DNA of 53,366 nucleotides. It comes from a virus. Taxonomy: Duplodnaviria > Caudoviricetes. The first letter of the stretch is position 1. Every line of letters starts with the position of its first letter. The stretch is taken from IMG/VR virus record IMGVR_UViG_3300025582_000056, positions 1-53,366 of that record; one strand, 5' to 3'. This document shows positions 10,535-21,109 of this stretch, in pieces. The translations under genes were made by a program, and so were the position numbers. The notes beneath the pieces are model-generated. The model made no database searches, was not told the origin of the DNA, and worked only from the letters and a program-made list of their open reading frames with translations.

Positions 10535-12433
10535 TCAATTTTTCAGACAGCGCACCGAAAACCCGATGGCCTTGTCCAAATCACCCCGGTACACAGTAGC
10601 GTTGGACGACTCCAACAATCGCACCGAACGCCCCGAAGCATAATAGAGCTGGGAGCTAGACCACAAGTAAGCATTCGATGACAGACTATAGAAAAACCCA
10701 TCGGCGGCGCGTTCGCCGGCAAACGGTATATTCAACCCAGAGGTGCCACTAGGTTTAAGTTTAGTACCCTGGTCAGTGCCTCGCCAGTTAAGATTAATGT
10801 CGGCTTGTGCCTGGGACATACCAAGTTGCATTTCTAGTATTTTCCACTCATTGTCGGATGGGATATGTGAGCCAGTTGGACAGATGCCTTGAGCACCCTG
10901 CGTAGTGACGTATTGCATAGCTTCGTCCCATTGATAAAGGCCACCGTAGGTTGTGCAGTTTGATTCAGTGTCGGCGTAACAGTATTTTTCTAGGATGGCG
11001 TTGTTAGTCTGGTTGGTGCCACCAGTTATTGTACCACCATTTATTCTGGTACCGACATTTAGATTGGCTTTGGCCCAGACTTGAGTGCCGATAGCTAGCC
11101 AATTGGCACCTAAAGTAAAGTTAGCCGTACATGACTTATTGGCATCCATGGTGATGGTATGACTAGCTACTCCGCTACAGCCAGTGCTGCCAGACCAACT
11201 GCTGAATACGTAAAGAGCGTTTGGGGTGGCTGTGATTGTGGGTGTGGAACCTGCATTGTACGTACCGCCAGCGTTAACTGTACCATTAGTGCCAGCGATG
11301 GTGGTTAGAGTGTATTGAGTAATAGGGCGACTATAGTTTGCACTCCCTGCACCACTCCAAGACCCATTTGCATTAGTATTAGTACACTTAGCCTGGACAG
11401 CTACGGTGTACATATGAGATTCTATTGCTGTAGTAAAGCCAATAGATAAAGCAGCAGGATCATCTGGTGTTTTCCAACCAGCGGTTTGGCTGACACTGTC
11501 TATGAGATAGTTATATTGGTAATTAACCACCGTACCGCTGGCACACCCAGTCGAAGCCCCCCAACTCCAGGTTGTAGTAGGCCCAACCGTGTTGGCAGTA
11601 ACCCCTGGAACTGTAGGTATGGCGGTAATAGGGTTTACATAGGCATTACTTACGGCTCCAACGGCGGCGCTACTAGCTGAAGTTGATGAACCGTCAGGGT
11701 AACAACGAGCTTGGGATTGGTATTCGTATTTAACGCCCTGGTTAGCAACCTGGGTAGCTGTATTGTTAGTAGACCAGGCTGTATAACCTGACCAAGAGCC
11801 ATCGTTAGTACGATTTCTAGTGCCATATTGGGTAACTGCACCTGCTGGGCATGTTGCTGATATGGTAGCTAAGACATTAGAACCATTCAATGTGACGGTT
11901 GTAGTTGGAGCAGCTGGTGTAGCGAGGGTTGGGATAGTATGGCGACTTACCAATGATATGGTATTGCCGGTACTTTCTTCTCGGTATTTGAGGGTGTATT
12001 CCAGACAGGCTGCAGTTTGGCCCGATGTGGTTAGGCATGAATCACTACTATCGCCTACATAGGCAAAGACGTCACTAGCTAGGATTGTAATGGATGGATT
12101 GCAACTTACGGTTGCTGGAGCAGCAAAGGAGTTAGTACCACGGGTACTGCTTGGCGTAGTTAAGTTGGTTGGGTCTACGCCTACCAGCGTGTTAGCTACG
12201 ACTGTACTGGCTGATTGAGACATAGCTGTACAACTTGGGTATTCGCCATGTTGGGAGTAGTACTTTTCTAATGCTTCAGCAATGATTGTTATTTTGGAAG
12301 AACGCTGAGAATCGCGGGTGGATGATTGGATGTTGGCGAAGGATACTATGCCAACTGTGGAGAGGATGCCGATGATGGTTATTACGACGAGGAGTTCTAT
12401 TATTGTGAAAGCGCTTTTGGTTGTTTTATTCAT
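10535..12433 (-). CDS. Prepilin-type adhesin with Ig/FN3-like repeats and C-terminal FISUMP (Fib_succ_major) CLec domain; likely DGR target
   Basis: SA/FTIIELLVVI methylation motif; IGTQVWAKANL, YGGLYQWDEA, ICPTGSHIPSDNEW, GFSVRCLKN. Confidence 0.85.
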   Translation of the reverse strand: MNKTTKSAFTIIELLVVITIIGILSTVGIVSFANIQSSTRDSQRSSKITIIAEALEKYYSQHGEYPSCTAMSQSASTVVANTLVGVDPTNLTTPSSTRGTNSFAAPATVSCNPSITILASDVFAYVGDSSDSCLTTSGQTAACLEYTLKYREESTGNTISLVSRHTIPTLATPAAPTTTVTLNGSNVLATISATCPAGAVTQYGTRNRTNDGSWSGYTAWSTNNTATQVANQGVKYEYQSQARCYPDGSSTSASSAAVGAVSNAYVNPITAIPTVPGVTANTVGPTTTWSWGASTGCASGTVVNYQYNYLIDSVSQTAGWKTPDDPAALSIGFTTAIESHMYTVAVQAKCTNTNANGSWSGAGSANYSRPITQYTLTTIAGTNGTVNAGGTYNAGSTPTITATPNALYVFSSWSGSTGCSGVASHTITMDANKSCTANFTLGANWLAIGTQVWAKANLNVGTRINGGTITGGTNQTNNAILEKYCYADTESNCTTYGGLYQWDEAMQYVTTQGAQGICPTGSHIPSDNEWKILEMQLGMSQAQADINLNWRGTDQGTKLKPSGTSGLNIPFAGERAADGFFYSLSSNAYLWSSSQLYYASGRSVRLLESSNATVYRGDLDKAIGFSVRCLKN

Positions 12434-12474
12434 GGAATTTATTGTAGCAGAATTGAGGAATAATTTATATGCAT

Positions 12475-12798
12475 TTATTTAGTTTGTGTAGTAGTTGGAT
12501 GATTAATTAAATATAATTGTGCTTCAGTATCAACGACACCCTCAGTATTATTTAGTTCTTTGTATTGCTGCCTAGCTTGTTCGAATAATGTTTTGGCTTT
12601 GGCGGTGTCGTTGGCTAGTTCCGCTTTTAGTGCCTGTTCTTTTAAGCTGTCAGCGGTGGCTTTTGTGGTGATACTTGTTTGCTGTGTGTTATTACTACCA
12701 TTTACTGATCTTATTATAAGAATCACGCCAATTGAGATAGCTATAATTAATATTATTGTGATAGCTATGTAGATTAGTCTTTTTTTGTTCTTAAACAT
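12475..12798 (-). CDS. Small membrane-anchored helical (TPR-like) protein
   Basis: N-terminal TM, AAGGAG RBS, close paralog of 13092-13424. Confidence 0.75.
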   Translation of the reverse strand: MFKNKKRLIYIAITIILIIAISIGVILIIRSVNGSNNTQQTSITTKATADSLKEQALKAELANDTAKAKTLFEQARQQYKELNNTEGVVDTEAQLYLINHPTTTQTK

Positions 12799-12816
12799 GA
12801 TTCTCTCCTTAAGTGA

Positions 12817-12906
12817 TTATATTGAGTTTATTATTGCATAAAGCAGTAATAACGGTAGCTACAAACGAGAAAACAACCGGAATGAAACCGCTTGTGATTC
12901 TTTCAT
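12817..12906 (-). pseudogene. Possible collapsed prepilin gene remnant
   Basis: TGCTACAAT-7nt-ATG as in neighbouring pilins; after a 1-nt shift reads RITSG/FIPVVFSFVATVITAYAIINSI. Confidence 0.4.
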
Positions 12907-13091
12907 GGGGTTAATTGTAGCAGAGTTTTATGGAACAATACAATAAGTCTGTCTATTATATCTATTTAAGCTGGTATCTTTTGCTCATAATAATAGTTTT
13001 AAGCGTATGACTACATATTATATTTGCGGTACTATCCGGAAAAGTGGGAGCTTGACAATATGAGCGTCCTAATTTCAGCCCACGATCCTAT

Positions 13092-13424
13092 TTACTTCCC
13101 CGTACCAGGATGCTCAATCAAATATAATTGTGCTTCAGTATTAACCACGTTATTAGTATCGCCTAGGTCTTTGTATTGTTGTTGTGCTTGTTGGAATAAA
13201 GTTTTAGCTTTAGTAGTGTCGTTATTTTTAAGTGCTGCTATAGCTTGTGCCTTAATGCTATCAGCTTGGGATTTTTGAGAAAGAGTTGTAGTTTGGGTTA
13301 TCTTCTTTGAGCTATTGACTGCTTTTATTACAAGAACTGTCCCGGTTGCAATGATAACAACTAATAACACTGCGATGATTATGTAGATGAGTTTCTTTTT
13401 GTCTTTTAGTATATTCTTTATCAT
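13092..13424 (-). CDS. Small membrane-anchored helical (TPR-like) protein
   Basis: N-terminal TM; shares NDT.KAKTLF.QA.QQYK.L...V.TEAQLYLI.HP with 12475-12798. Confidence 0.75.
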   Translation of the reverse strand: MIKNILKDKKKLIYIIIAVLLVVIIATGTVLVIKAVNSSKKITQTTTLSQKSQADSIKAQAIAALKNNDTTKAKTLFQQAQQQYKDLGDTNNVVNTEAQLYLIEHPGTGK

Positions 13425-13445
13425 ATTGTCTCCTATTGGTTATTA

Positions 13446-15533
13446 TTAAGGCAATGGGATTACGGCGACAGGAATCAAGCTATTGACAGTTGAGTTGTTG
13501 CCAAGTTGGCCGTTACCGTTCCACCCCCAACAGTAGGCTTGATTATCGGAGGCGATGGCACAGGTTGCAGGGCCAGCCGAAATAGATGTGATCATTTTAC
13601 CGCTTAGTGCCCCAGTATTAATAACAGTTACAGGTATGAAACTATTAGTAGTTGAATTGTTACCAAGTCCACCATAATAATTATATCCCCAACAGTAAGC
13701 ACCGCTGTCGAAAGTAATGACACAAGTAGTATAATGGTCAGCTACAACAGATTTAATCGTCTTGCCATTTAGAACGCCAGCAGCATAAACAGCAACAGGT
13801 ATGGAGCTCTGGCTATCCGAGTTATTGCCGAGCGAACCAGCATAGTTCAGCCCCCAGCAATAGACTTGGTTATCAGAGGCTATAGCGCAAATATGAGCAG
13901 CGCCGGCTGTGATAGCTTTTATGGTCTTGCCGCTCAGGACGCCGGCAGTATAAACAGCGACGGGCACTAAATCAGTATTAGTATGGTTATCACCGGATTG
14001 ACCAAAAGAGCCATCGCCCCAGCAATAAGCTTGATTATCGGAAGCAATAGCGCAAGTATTAGATCCAGCTGTGATAGCTTTTATGGTCTTGCCGCTCAGG
14101 ACGCCAGTAGTATTAACGGCGACAGGAACCATACTCTGGTTAGTTGAATTGTTGCCAAGTTGGCCAGAACTATTAAGCCCCCAACAGTAGACTTGGTCGT
14201 CAGAGGCAATAACACAGGTATGATTAGTGCCGACTGAAATTGATTTAACCGTCTTACCATTTAGGACACCATTAGTATAAACAGCAACAGGTATAGAACT
14301 ATTAGTAGTTGAGTTATTACCAAGTTCGCCGTCGCCATTATAGCCCCAACAATAAGCTTGATCATCAGAAGCAATGGCACAAGTAACCATATTACCGACT
14401 GAAATCTGCTTTATTGTCTTGCCACTCAGGACACCGGCGGTATAAACAGCAACAGGTATAGAACTATTAGTAGTTGAGTTATTACCAAGTTCGCCCTCGC
14501 CATTATGACCCCAACAATAGGCTTGGTTATCGGAGGCAACGGCACAGGTGCGAATACTATCACCCGTAATCTGAGTCCACGTCCTTACACGATAATAATT
14601 TGCTGACCCTGATTCGCTCCAAGTGCTAGTTGCATTAGTGTTATAACACTGGGCTTGGGCAGCCACTGTATATGTTTGCCCTCCAGTTGAAGTTGTAAAA
14701 GCAACCGAAAGATTAGTCCCATTTGCTACCCAACCAGAATCATAGCCTGATGGCGTAATAGTGTAACGGTATTGGTAACGAGCTGTATTGCCAGGACAAG
14801 ATGCCGCACCCCACGACCAAGTTGTTGTGGCACCCACTGTTGCAGCCGTAACGGTCGGAGCTACTGGTGCGTCAATGGTTGTAGTAGCTGTAGCTGTGGT
14901 TGACCAGTTGCTGGTTCCGTTGGCGTCAGTTGCTTGTACTCGATAATAATATGGAGTTCCTTGAGCTAAGCCACTTGATACAAATGTTGAGCCTGCTTGC
15001 GTAGCGATAGTTGTCGCACTCGTGAATGATGAATTGCTACCACGTTGTAGCGTATAGCTGGTTGCACCGGCAGATGCATTCCATGATACGTTAATCGAAG
15101 AACTGGATGCTGCTGTGGCGATTAGATTAGTTGGAATAGCAGTAGCTATAGAGATTGAACGAGAAGCACATGTACCTAGTTGAGCACCCTGGCTGCCAAT
15201 GTTTTGGTCAATGTAATAATGAATGGTAGCGTTTTGTGAGCTAGAGGCATCAATACAGTAGACTACACCGTCACTACTACCACCAGTTAAGATGGTGTTT
15301 TTACTTGGTTTGAAAGTTGTTAGATTGGAGACTAAGGTTGGATATGAGTTATTGAATGTACGAGCACTTTCCATAGCACTAGCTACACCATTGAGGTCAC
15401 TCTTTAGTTGAGCTGAAATGATTGAGTTTTGCCAGTTAGGATAACTAACGATGACAATGCTAGCTAGGATACCAATGACTGAGATGGCAACTATTAGCTC
15501 TACGAGGGTGAAGCCGGGTATTTTTCTTCTCAT
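13446..15533 (-). CDS. Prepilin-type adhesin with FN3 domains and RCC1-like beta-propeller repeats
   Basis: PG/FTLVELIVAI; FN3 motif GLAQGTPYYYRVQA; about 7 TCAIASDNQAYCWG.N..G.LG repeats; TGTTACAAT 7 nt before ATG 15533. Confidence 0.85.
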   Translation of the reverse strand: MRRKIPGFTLVELIVAISVIGILASIVIVSYPNWQNSIISAQLKSDLNGVASAMESARTFNNSYPTLVSNLTTFKPSKNTILTGGSSDGVVYCIDASSSQNATIHYYIDQNIGSQGAQLGTCASRSISIATAIPTNLIATAASSSSINVSWNASAGATSYTLQRGSNSSFTSATTIATQAGSTFVSSGLAQGTPYYYRVQATDANGTSNWSTTATATTTIDAPVAPTVTAATVGATTTWSWGAASCPGNTARYQYRYTITPSGYDSGWVANGTNLSVAFTTSTGGQTYTVAAQAQCYNTNATSTWSESGSANYYRVRTWTQITGDSIRTCAVASDNQAYCWGHNGEGELGNNSTTNSSIPVAVYTAGVLSGKTIKQISVGNMVTCAIASDDQAYCWGYNGDGELGNNSTTNSSIPVAVYTNGVLNGKTVKSISVGTNHTCVIASDDQVYCWGLNSSGQLGNNSTNQSMVPVAVNTTGVLSGKTIKAITAGSNTCAIASDNQAYCWGDGSFGQSGDNHTNTDLVPVAVYTAGVLSGKTIKAITAGAAHICAIASDNQVYCWGLNYAGSLGNNSDSQSSIPVAVYAAGVLNGKTIKSVVADHYTTCVITFDSGAYCWGYNYYGGLGNNSTTNSFIPVTVINTGALSGKMITSISAGPATCAIASDNQAYCWGWNGNGQLGNNSTVNSLIPVAVIPLP

Positions 15534-16222
15534 GAGTTTAATTGTAACACATATATCCATAAACATTATAATTAAACATTATAATTAATAGCAATATTTG
15601 CTCATTATGTTATGGACGCATACATATCTTTCTTCTTTATTACAATGAATGATTATTGTTAAGATTTACTCTTAGGAATGATTCAAAGAAGTTATTTGTC
15701 TTGTCATTAACTATGAATCTTTTTTCGATATTTGCTGGAATACTATTCACTTTATTTTGTTCGTTATATATTCCAATCATTATAAAATGATGGCATCGTA
15801 TGGTGTACTTGAATGAAAAACTACCTGGAACGCATCCACTAGACCCAGGCAAGCGTAAGTATTATTTAATAATTTCAAGAGGGGCTATGATTAGTGCATG
15901 GATATCAACGAACTCATTATTAATGTTATTTGCACAATTATAGGCGGTCTAATAGGTAGCGACATTACGATGAAAGCCATTTTCTCTCAAGCCAGAAACA
16001 GAAAGTTGGCCCATTCTGGTAGCGAAAAGATCAAATCATTCGCAACCATTATGCGAGACAATCAAAGAAGCGTAGCCCTGTGAGGCAGCCGGTTCTGAGC
16101 TGTGTCCAGATAGCAATAGCGACCAAAACTACTAACGCTATTTGATGATTATCATGCCTAATAGCCCTCCCCAAAGCGATTAGTGACCCATTCGCGTCCT
16201 GGATTATTGAGTCTTTGAGGCT

Positions 16223-16810
16223 TCATGTCAGCCGCAACCAGTGGGCTAAACGATCGAGGAAACGCAGCCTTGCGAGATAACCTTTGGCATCATCAAATGG
16301 GAGGACTTCCTTAAAAGCGTTTAATACCTTCGTAGATTCATCGACGTTTTCGGGCAGGGCGATCTGAGAGGAAAAGCCCAAGCGTCGCCTCGGTAGCAGT
16401 AGTACGGTGACGGGTTTTGTGTCATCCACCCCTGCTTGAGCTGTCTCAGTAGTAAAGGCACGGTAGTCGTTCAACTGCAGAGTTTGGTTATTGACGGTGA
16501 GCGTCTGCGTATCGAGACGGTAAGCCAGCTGTCGGGGTGGTCGCGAGTAGGTGACCAGAATCGCAAGGGCAGCGGCTATAGTACAAAGCAATACAAACCA
16601 CTCTTCCAACAAACCCAAGAGTATCGTCAGCCAGAGCATTACGACACAGAATCCAATGTACCACCACCAACGCTTATGCGGACCAGGTTCTGTCGCCGTC
16701 CAAGTGACAGGAAGAACATGCCTCGTGCTACTATTCTTTTCTGGTTCCGATTTTTTCATAGGCCCTTTCGCTTTGGCGTTAGTTGTTGTCGCAATTGTGG
16801 TTCTTTTCAT
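16223..16810 (-). CDS. Two-TM membrane protein (DUF5673-like, common in CPR)
   Basis: VTWTATE...KRWWWYIGF, two TM segments, then PH-like beta region; GAAAGGA RBS; higher GC than neighbours. Confidence 0.55.
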   Translation of the reverse strand: MKRTTIATTTNAKAKGPMKKSEPEKNSSTRHVLPVTWTATEPGPHKRWWWYIGFCVVMLWLTILLGLLEEWFVLLCTIAAALAILVTYSRPPRQLAYRLDTQTLTVNNQTLQLNDYRAFTTETAQAGVDDTKPVTVLLLPRRRLGFSSQIALPENVDESTKVLNAFKEVLPFDDAKGYLARLRFLDRLAHWLRLT

Positions 16811-17009
16811 CGCCGTCCTTTCATTTAAAATAAGCCGTTACCTTACGCCGAAGAAATTCTTAGTTTCCTGGATTGTTCCAATTGATGTTCTTCGTACTGT
16901 CATATGCTTCTAGTATAACAGGTTGATCATATTTGCTCTTACAGATTTTACTTGAATAATTGACATACAACGCCTCGTTGATGAAATTCATCTCACAGGG
17001 AAAGATAGT

Positions 17010-20000
17010 TTAGGGTCGTGGGCCTCTTCCTGCTAGATATCTTATGTGGTCTATGTTATTACCAATGCCTTGTGCGATTTCAGGGCTATCCAATGCCTGA
17101 ATTGCAGAATCCCTCAGATTAGCAGGAATGGGGGCTCCTCCAAGGGAATTCAGAACATATCTTATCTCCTCATTTGAGGTAGTGGCAAGTCTGTTCGAAG
17201 AGTATCTATTAGCAATGGCACCTCGTCGTGCTATATCTTCTAGGTTTAATAAGTCACCAGTACCATTGACACGGTGACCTTCTTGAACGAATTGTATGTC
17301 GCCTGCTCCTATAAATGCAGGACGATTTTTTGATCCGCCAACAGTACTTGCTATTGTACGCATCATCTCGTCGCCGTGACGATCGTGTCTATCACCGTAA
17401 GTTGTAATCATATTATCCCATGCTGTTTGGAATTCAGCAAACTGTCCTCTTTCAAGTTGAGTATCCATCGCTGCTGCCTGTATTGACACATCTCTACCAT
17501 TGATACCTCTGACATTTCCACCATTAGAAATTGTATTAAGCTCAGCATTTGTTACATTTGCTTGTCGTAGTTGTGCCCGACCAGATTCAACGTTCTCCAT
17601 ATCAAGCTTATTTGCTAACTGTGCTGCTTGTTGAGCAGTACGGGTACCCATTGTTCCTGTAACTCTAGATGAGTTTAAGAAAGCGTTACGCCCACTTGCC
17701 AATCTTGTTAGTGGGTTTCTTCCTCTGTAAACACCACCTGTGATCTGAGCTCTTTTAATCTGCTGGTTTCTATCCCATGCCGTTTTGTATGCTCCGAGCA
17801 TTGATGTTTCTTTAACTTTACTGCCGATTCTTCCATTTGCCTTTGTACTAAGGCCAGCCAACTTCGTTCCTATACTACCAGCTGCACTCATAGAATTCTT
17901 TAATAAACTCGGTACCATAAACAACGGAACTATTGCGACGCCTATGGCGACTAATTGCATAACCTTATCTTCACCCGCACTAGCTTTGATAACAAAACCT
18001 GCTAGGCTACCAGCCCCAAATAATATAGAGATAATAGGAAAAACTAATAACAAATTAGCAAACATCTTGCCCCATTTTTTAAAATACTGTTCTGTATTTG
18101 GTAATAAATACGCAACAAAAGCTAGTGGCGATATAATGACCAACAGAACAATTAGTGCTGTACGGGCTATTAGTATCAATACGATCATTAGTAATGCTAA
18201 AAAAACGGATAATAATACAGGGACACTTATTGCGAATAATAACGTTACCCCACCTGCTAACCCCGCGGTAATTAATGCTGCTATACCAAAGCCATTTCCT
18301 GTTGCATTACCAGGTGAGAATACGTCAGGTGTTTGCATAAGCTGGCTAAGGCTACTGAAAAGACTTTTAAATGAATAACCTGAAATATTACTAAGGTCGA
18401 CTGCAATTTGGCATACAACGAAGGATAAGTTAACCAGGATGGCCGCAATGATTAACTTAGGAAACATTTTTTTGATGCCGTAGTTAGTTATGCCTATGCT
18501 AGTAATTTGAGAAAATATAATAATCAGGAACGCGATTACAAACGCAACGTTGGCGATATTACGCATTATTTGCCACGCATTGTATGTGGCAATGGTTCCA
18601 TTATTAGGATCAGTGTTTAATAAGCTAGTATTAGTACTTAGGAAACTGGAAGCAAGAAAATTAAATGCAACGTCCGAGATTTTTCCTAGAAATGTTAGTG
18701 TTGGACAGACAATCCATCCAATTCCTTCGACTGAGCATGAAGTAGTATTTAAAAGTGTAAAGAATTGGCTAGATTGGTCGGCGGGCACGGTTATCGTAAC
18801 GTTACTTTCTGTATTTACTTCTTTTGTAAAAGTCGAGCATAAGCTCGTATCACCAAGGCAGACTTTATAATCATTTGCTTTAGCTGATGGTTCAACTGAA
18901 TTAAAATTTGAATTTGGGCTAGTTGTTAGATTAAAATCTTCGCTGGCAGGTATATGAGCAGGATCTAGGGTTTGGGTACCAGTATTGGTTGTGTTTAATA
19001 TCGTGCCACTATCGGTATTCTTAAGGTTAATTATTATAGGGCCATAGGTTCCCGATTGGACACCACTGGGTATTTTAATATTAACAGTTACTTTGACGGT
19101 TTTACCTAATGAAAAAGAAACCGTATTCGGTGTTCCAAAAGTAACCACAAATAATGTGCCAAGAGTTTTAGTTATGGTTTGGCATTGATCAAAATCGAAT
19201 ATCGAAGATGGTGTGATACATACAGTATATTTACCCGGGTCAATGTTCTTAAAAAACGTCTGTCCTTCAACAGGGTCGCCAAGTAACGTTAAATCGCTAG
19301 ACATTGCCTTAGTTCCCGTACCACTTAAATTTAGTGGTGTTAGCGTAACTTTCATGCCACTTGGCAACTTATCAGAAGATACATTAGAATAGACTGCCAC
19401 CTCTATCTGACTTGTATTAATACTTTCTGGCTGATCACCTATTTGTGTTGTATCGCTAGTACTACCACCTATAGATATATTACTCTGGTTAAAATCCGAT
19501 ATATGGGAAGCAGTTTTTGCACTACATGCATCGATATGTGCCTGACCTTGGGCTCCGTAGGTAGGTTCGGGATTATTCAAACTCGCAGGAGTGGATATGG
19601 AACCAGTTGTACGATCGATCGGATTAACGTTAATTTGTACCCCTGCTGTACACGTAACTGTTTGGCTACCTATATTCAGGAAAGGGACCCAATTCCAAAA
19701 AGAATCATTGTATGTAACAGTTACCTTTGTAGATCCAGTGTATGTAATAGCTATCTTTGTAGGGCCAGTGGCGGTGTTTGAGCCGGTTGTTGTAAAGCTC
19801 AATTTTACGGTATTATCACCAAACTGACCACCAACTGCACCTATATCATTACCGCTATTGTAATATTTGTATGAAGGGACGGACGCTGCTTTAACTTGGG
19901 TGGTGAGTATTGCGGGTATTATTATAGGTGTTAATATTAAGAATAGTAGGCAGCTAATCGTAACCTTGAAAGGTATTCGCTTTGAGATGTTAGCATTTAG

Positions 20001-20012
20001 CCGATTTGACAT
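17010..20012 (-). CDS. Large TrbL/VirB6-like polytopic membrane protein (Saccharibacteria T4SS type)
   Basis: GIGWIVCP, AWQIMRNIAN, NYGIKKMFPKLIIAAILVNLSF..CQIAVDLSN, ISPLAFVAYLLPNT; TGCTATAAT 6 nt before ATG 20012. Confidence 0.75.
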   Translation of the reverse strand: MSNRLNANISKRIPFKVTISCLLFLILTPIIIPAILTTQVKAASVPSYKYYNSGNDIGAVGGQFGDNTVKLSFTTTGSNTATGPTKIAITYTGSTKVTVTYNDSFWNWVPFLNIGSQTVTCTAGVQINVNPIDRTTGSISTPASLNNPEPTYGAQGQAHIDACSAKTASHISDFNQSNISIGGSTSDTTQIGDQPESINTSQIEVAVYSNVSSDKLPSGMKVTLTPLNLSGTGTKAMSSDLTLLGDPVEGQTFFKNIDPGKYTVCITPSSIFDFDQCQTITKTLGTLFVVTFGTPNTVSFSLGKTVKVTVNIKIPSGVQSGTYGPIIINLKNTDSGTILNTTNTGTQTLDPAHIPASEDFNLTTSPNSNFNSVEPSAKANDYKVCLGDTSLCSTFTKEVNTESNVTITVPADQSSQFFTLLNTTSCSVEGIGWIVCPTLTFLGKISDVAFNFLASSFLSTNTSLLNTDPNNGTIATYNAWQIMRNIANVAFVIAFLIIIFSQITSIGITNYGIKKMFPKLIIAAILVNLSFVVCQIAVDLSNISGYSFKSLFSSLSQLMQTPDVFSPGNATGNGFGIAALITAGLAGGVTLLFAISVPVLLSVFLALLMIVLILIARTALIVLLVIISPLAFVAYLLPNTEQYFKKWGKMFANLLLVFPIISILFGAGSLAGFVIKASAGEDKVMQLVAIGVAIVPLFMVPSLLKNSMSAAGSIGTKLAGLSTKANGRIGSKVKETSMLGAYKTAWDRNQQIKRAQITGGVYRGRNPLTRLASGRNAFLNSSRVTGTMGTRTAQQAAQLANKLDMENVESGRAQLRQANVTNAELNTISNGGNVRGINGRDVSIQAAAMDTQLERGQFAEFQTAWDNMITTYGDRHDRHGDEMMRTIASTVGGSKNRPAFIGAGDIQFVQEGHRVNGTGDLLNLEDIARRGAIANRYSSNRLATTSNEEIRYVLNSLGGAPIPANLRDSAIQALDSPEIAQGIGNNIDHIRYLAGRGPRP

Positions 20013-20068
20013 ATGGAAATTATAGCACAATCACCTGTTTAGATTAATAGGCTAAATAAAAACGAAAA

Positions 20069-21109
20069 CTATCTTTGCCCGATCGAGATATAATTAAAAT
20101 TATTCGCACTATTAGCCGCTTCAGATATTGGCTGTTTTATAATCGACAACTGTATGTCATTAAAAACTTCTCTTTTGTGCGAAACATTTTTACCGTCATA
20201 TTGGTCTACGTTTATTGTTAGTTTCACCCCACCAGCTTGAAGTGATGATAATTTTTGACCATTAAAGTTGATAGTCTCAACGGCCCCTAACACATCAGGG
20301 AAGGCAGTAATACTGTTATCTCCACTTTTGGTTGAGCCATTTGCTACGCTATAATTAGCGGCACTTCCATACTTTGAGACTACAGATTTTGCGGTTGCCA
20401 TTAATTTATTGATCGCATCATTATCGGCCGTAAATTCTATAGGCAAACCTTTATTATCTGTGTCTGAGCAATAATTACGAAACTGTTCGTCGATAATGGC
20501 TACAGCGTTTGGTAAAGGATTTTTAGACAACAAATTCATATAAAGATTTAAATTTTTTACCGCATATTCATTGAATACTTTTATAACGGTTTCTTGATTA
20601 TCTTTCTCGGCTGCTGGTAGTTTATAGCGAGTAAATCCAAGGTCGCTCTCTTCTCCCTTGGAATAAGTTAAAGATTTGTAATTCTCTATATACACATCGC
20701 TAATAGGCAAGCCCTGTTTATTGTGTGCATTCTCATATGCCGTCTCAGCATAATAAGTTGAAACGGGATCGGCGTACCTACCGCCTACTTCACTAACAAA
20801 TTGCTTTGCTTCATTGGGTATTGCAGGCAGTTTTTGTGTTTCATTGCCCGGATTAAGGGTATCCGTTACGGCAGCTTTGTTAGTTGGTAAGATAGCTTTA
20901 TCTGACTTATCATTGAGTAAATTCTCAACACCGATGGTAGCTAGGATTGATAACGTTGCTACAGCAGCAATAATCTTTGTCTGTTTACTGTGTAGCCAAT
21001 TTTTATTTTCAGGTGGCATAGATGAAGATTCTCCTCCTTTTAAAGTGGATTCTTTATTTGGCCCATTAAAGATATTGTCTTGGGTGGGATGGTGCAGGTC
21101 TACTGACAT
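20069..21109 (-). CDS. Hypothetical membrane-anchored extracellular protein
   Basis: 346-aa ORF with one N-proximal hydrophobic segment; no recognised family. Confidence 0.6.
   Translation of the reverse strand: MSVDLHHPTQDNIFNGPNKESTLKGGESSSMPPENKNWLHSKQTKIIAAVATLSILATIGVENLLNDKSDKAILPTNKAAVTDTLNPGNETQKLPAIPNEAKQFVSEVGGRYADPVSTYYAETAYENAHNKQGLPISDVYIENYKSLTYSKGEESDLGFTRYKLPAAEKDNQETVIKVFNEYAVKNLNLYMNLLSKNPLPNAVAIIDEQFRNYCSDTDNKGLPIEFTADNDAINKLMATAKSVVSKYGSAANYSVANGSTKSGDNSITAFPDVLGAVETINFNGQKLSSLQAGGVKLTINVDQYDGKNVSHKREVFNDIQLSIIKQPISEAANSANNFNYISIGQR

Noticed and set aside
13460-14550. Near-identical ~168-bp repeats as a TR/VR pair or CRISPR array
   Set aside because: In-frame RCC1-like coding repeats with no unique-spacer structure
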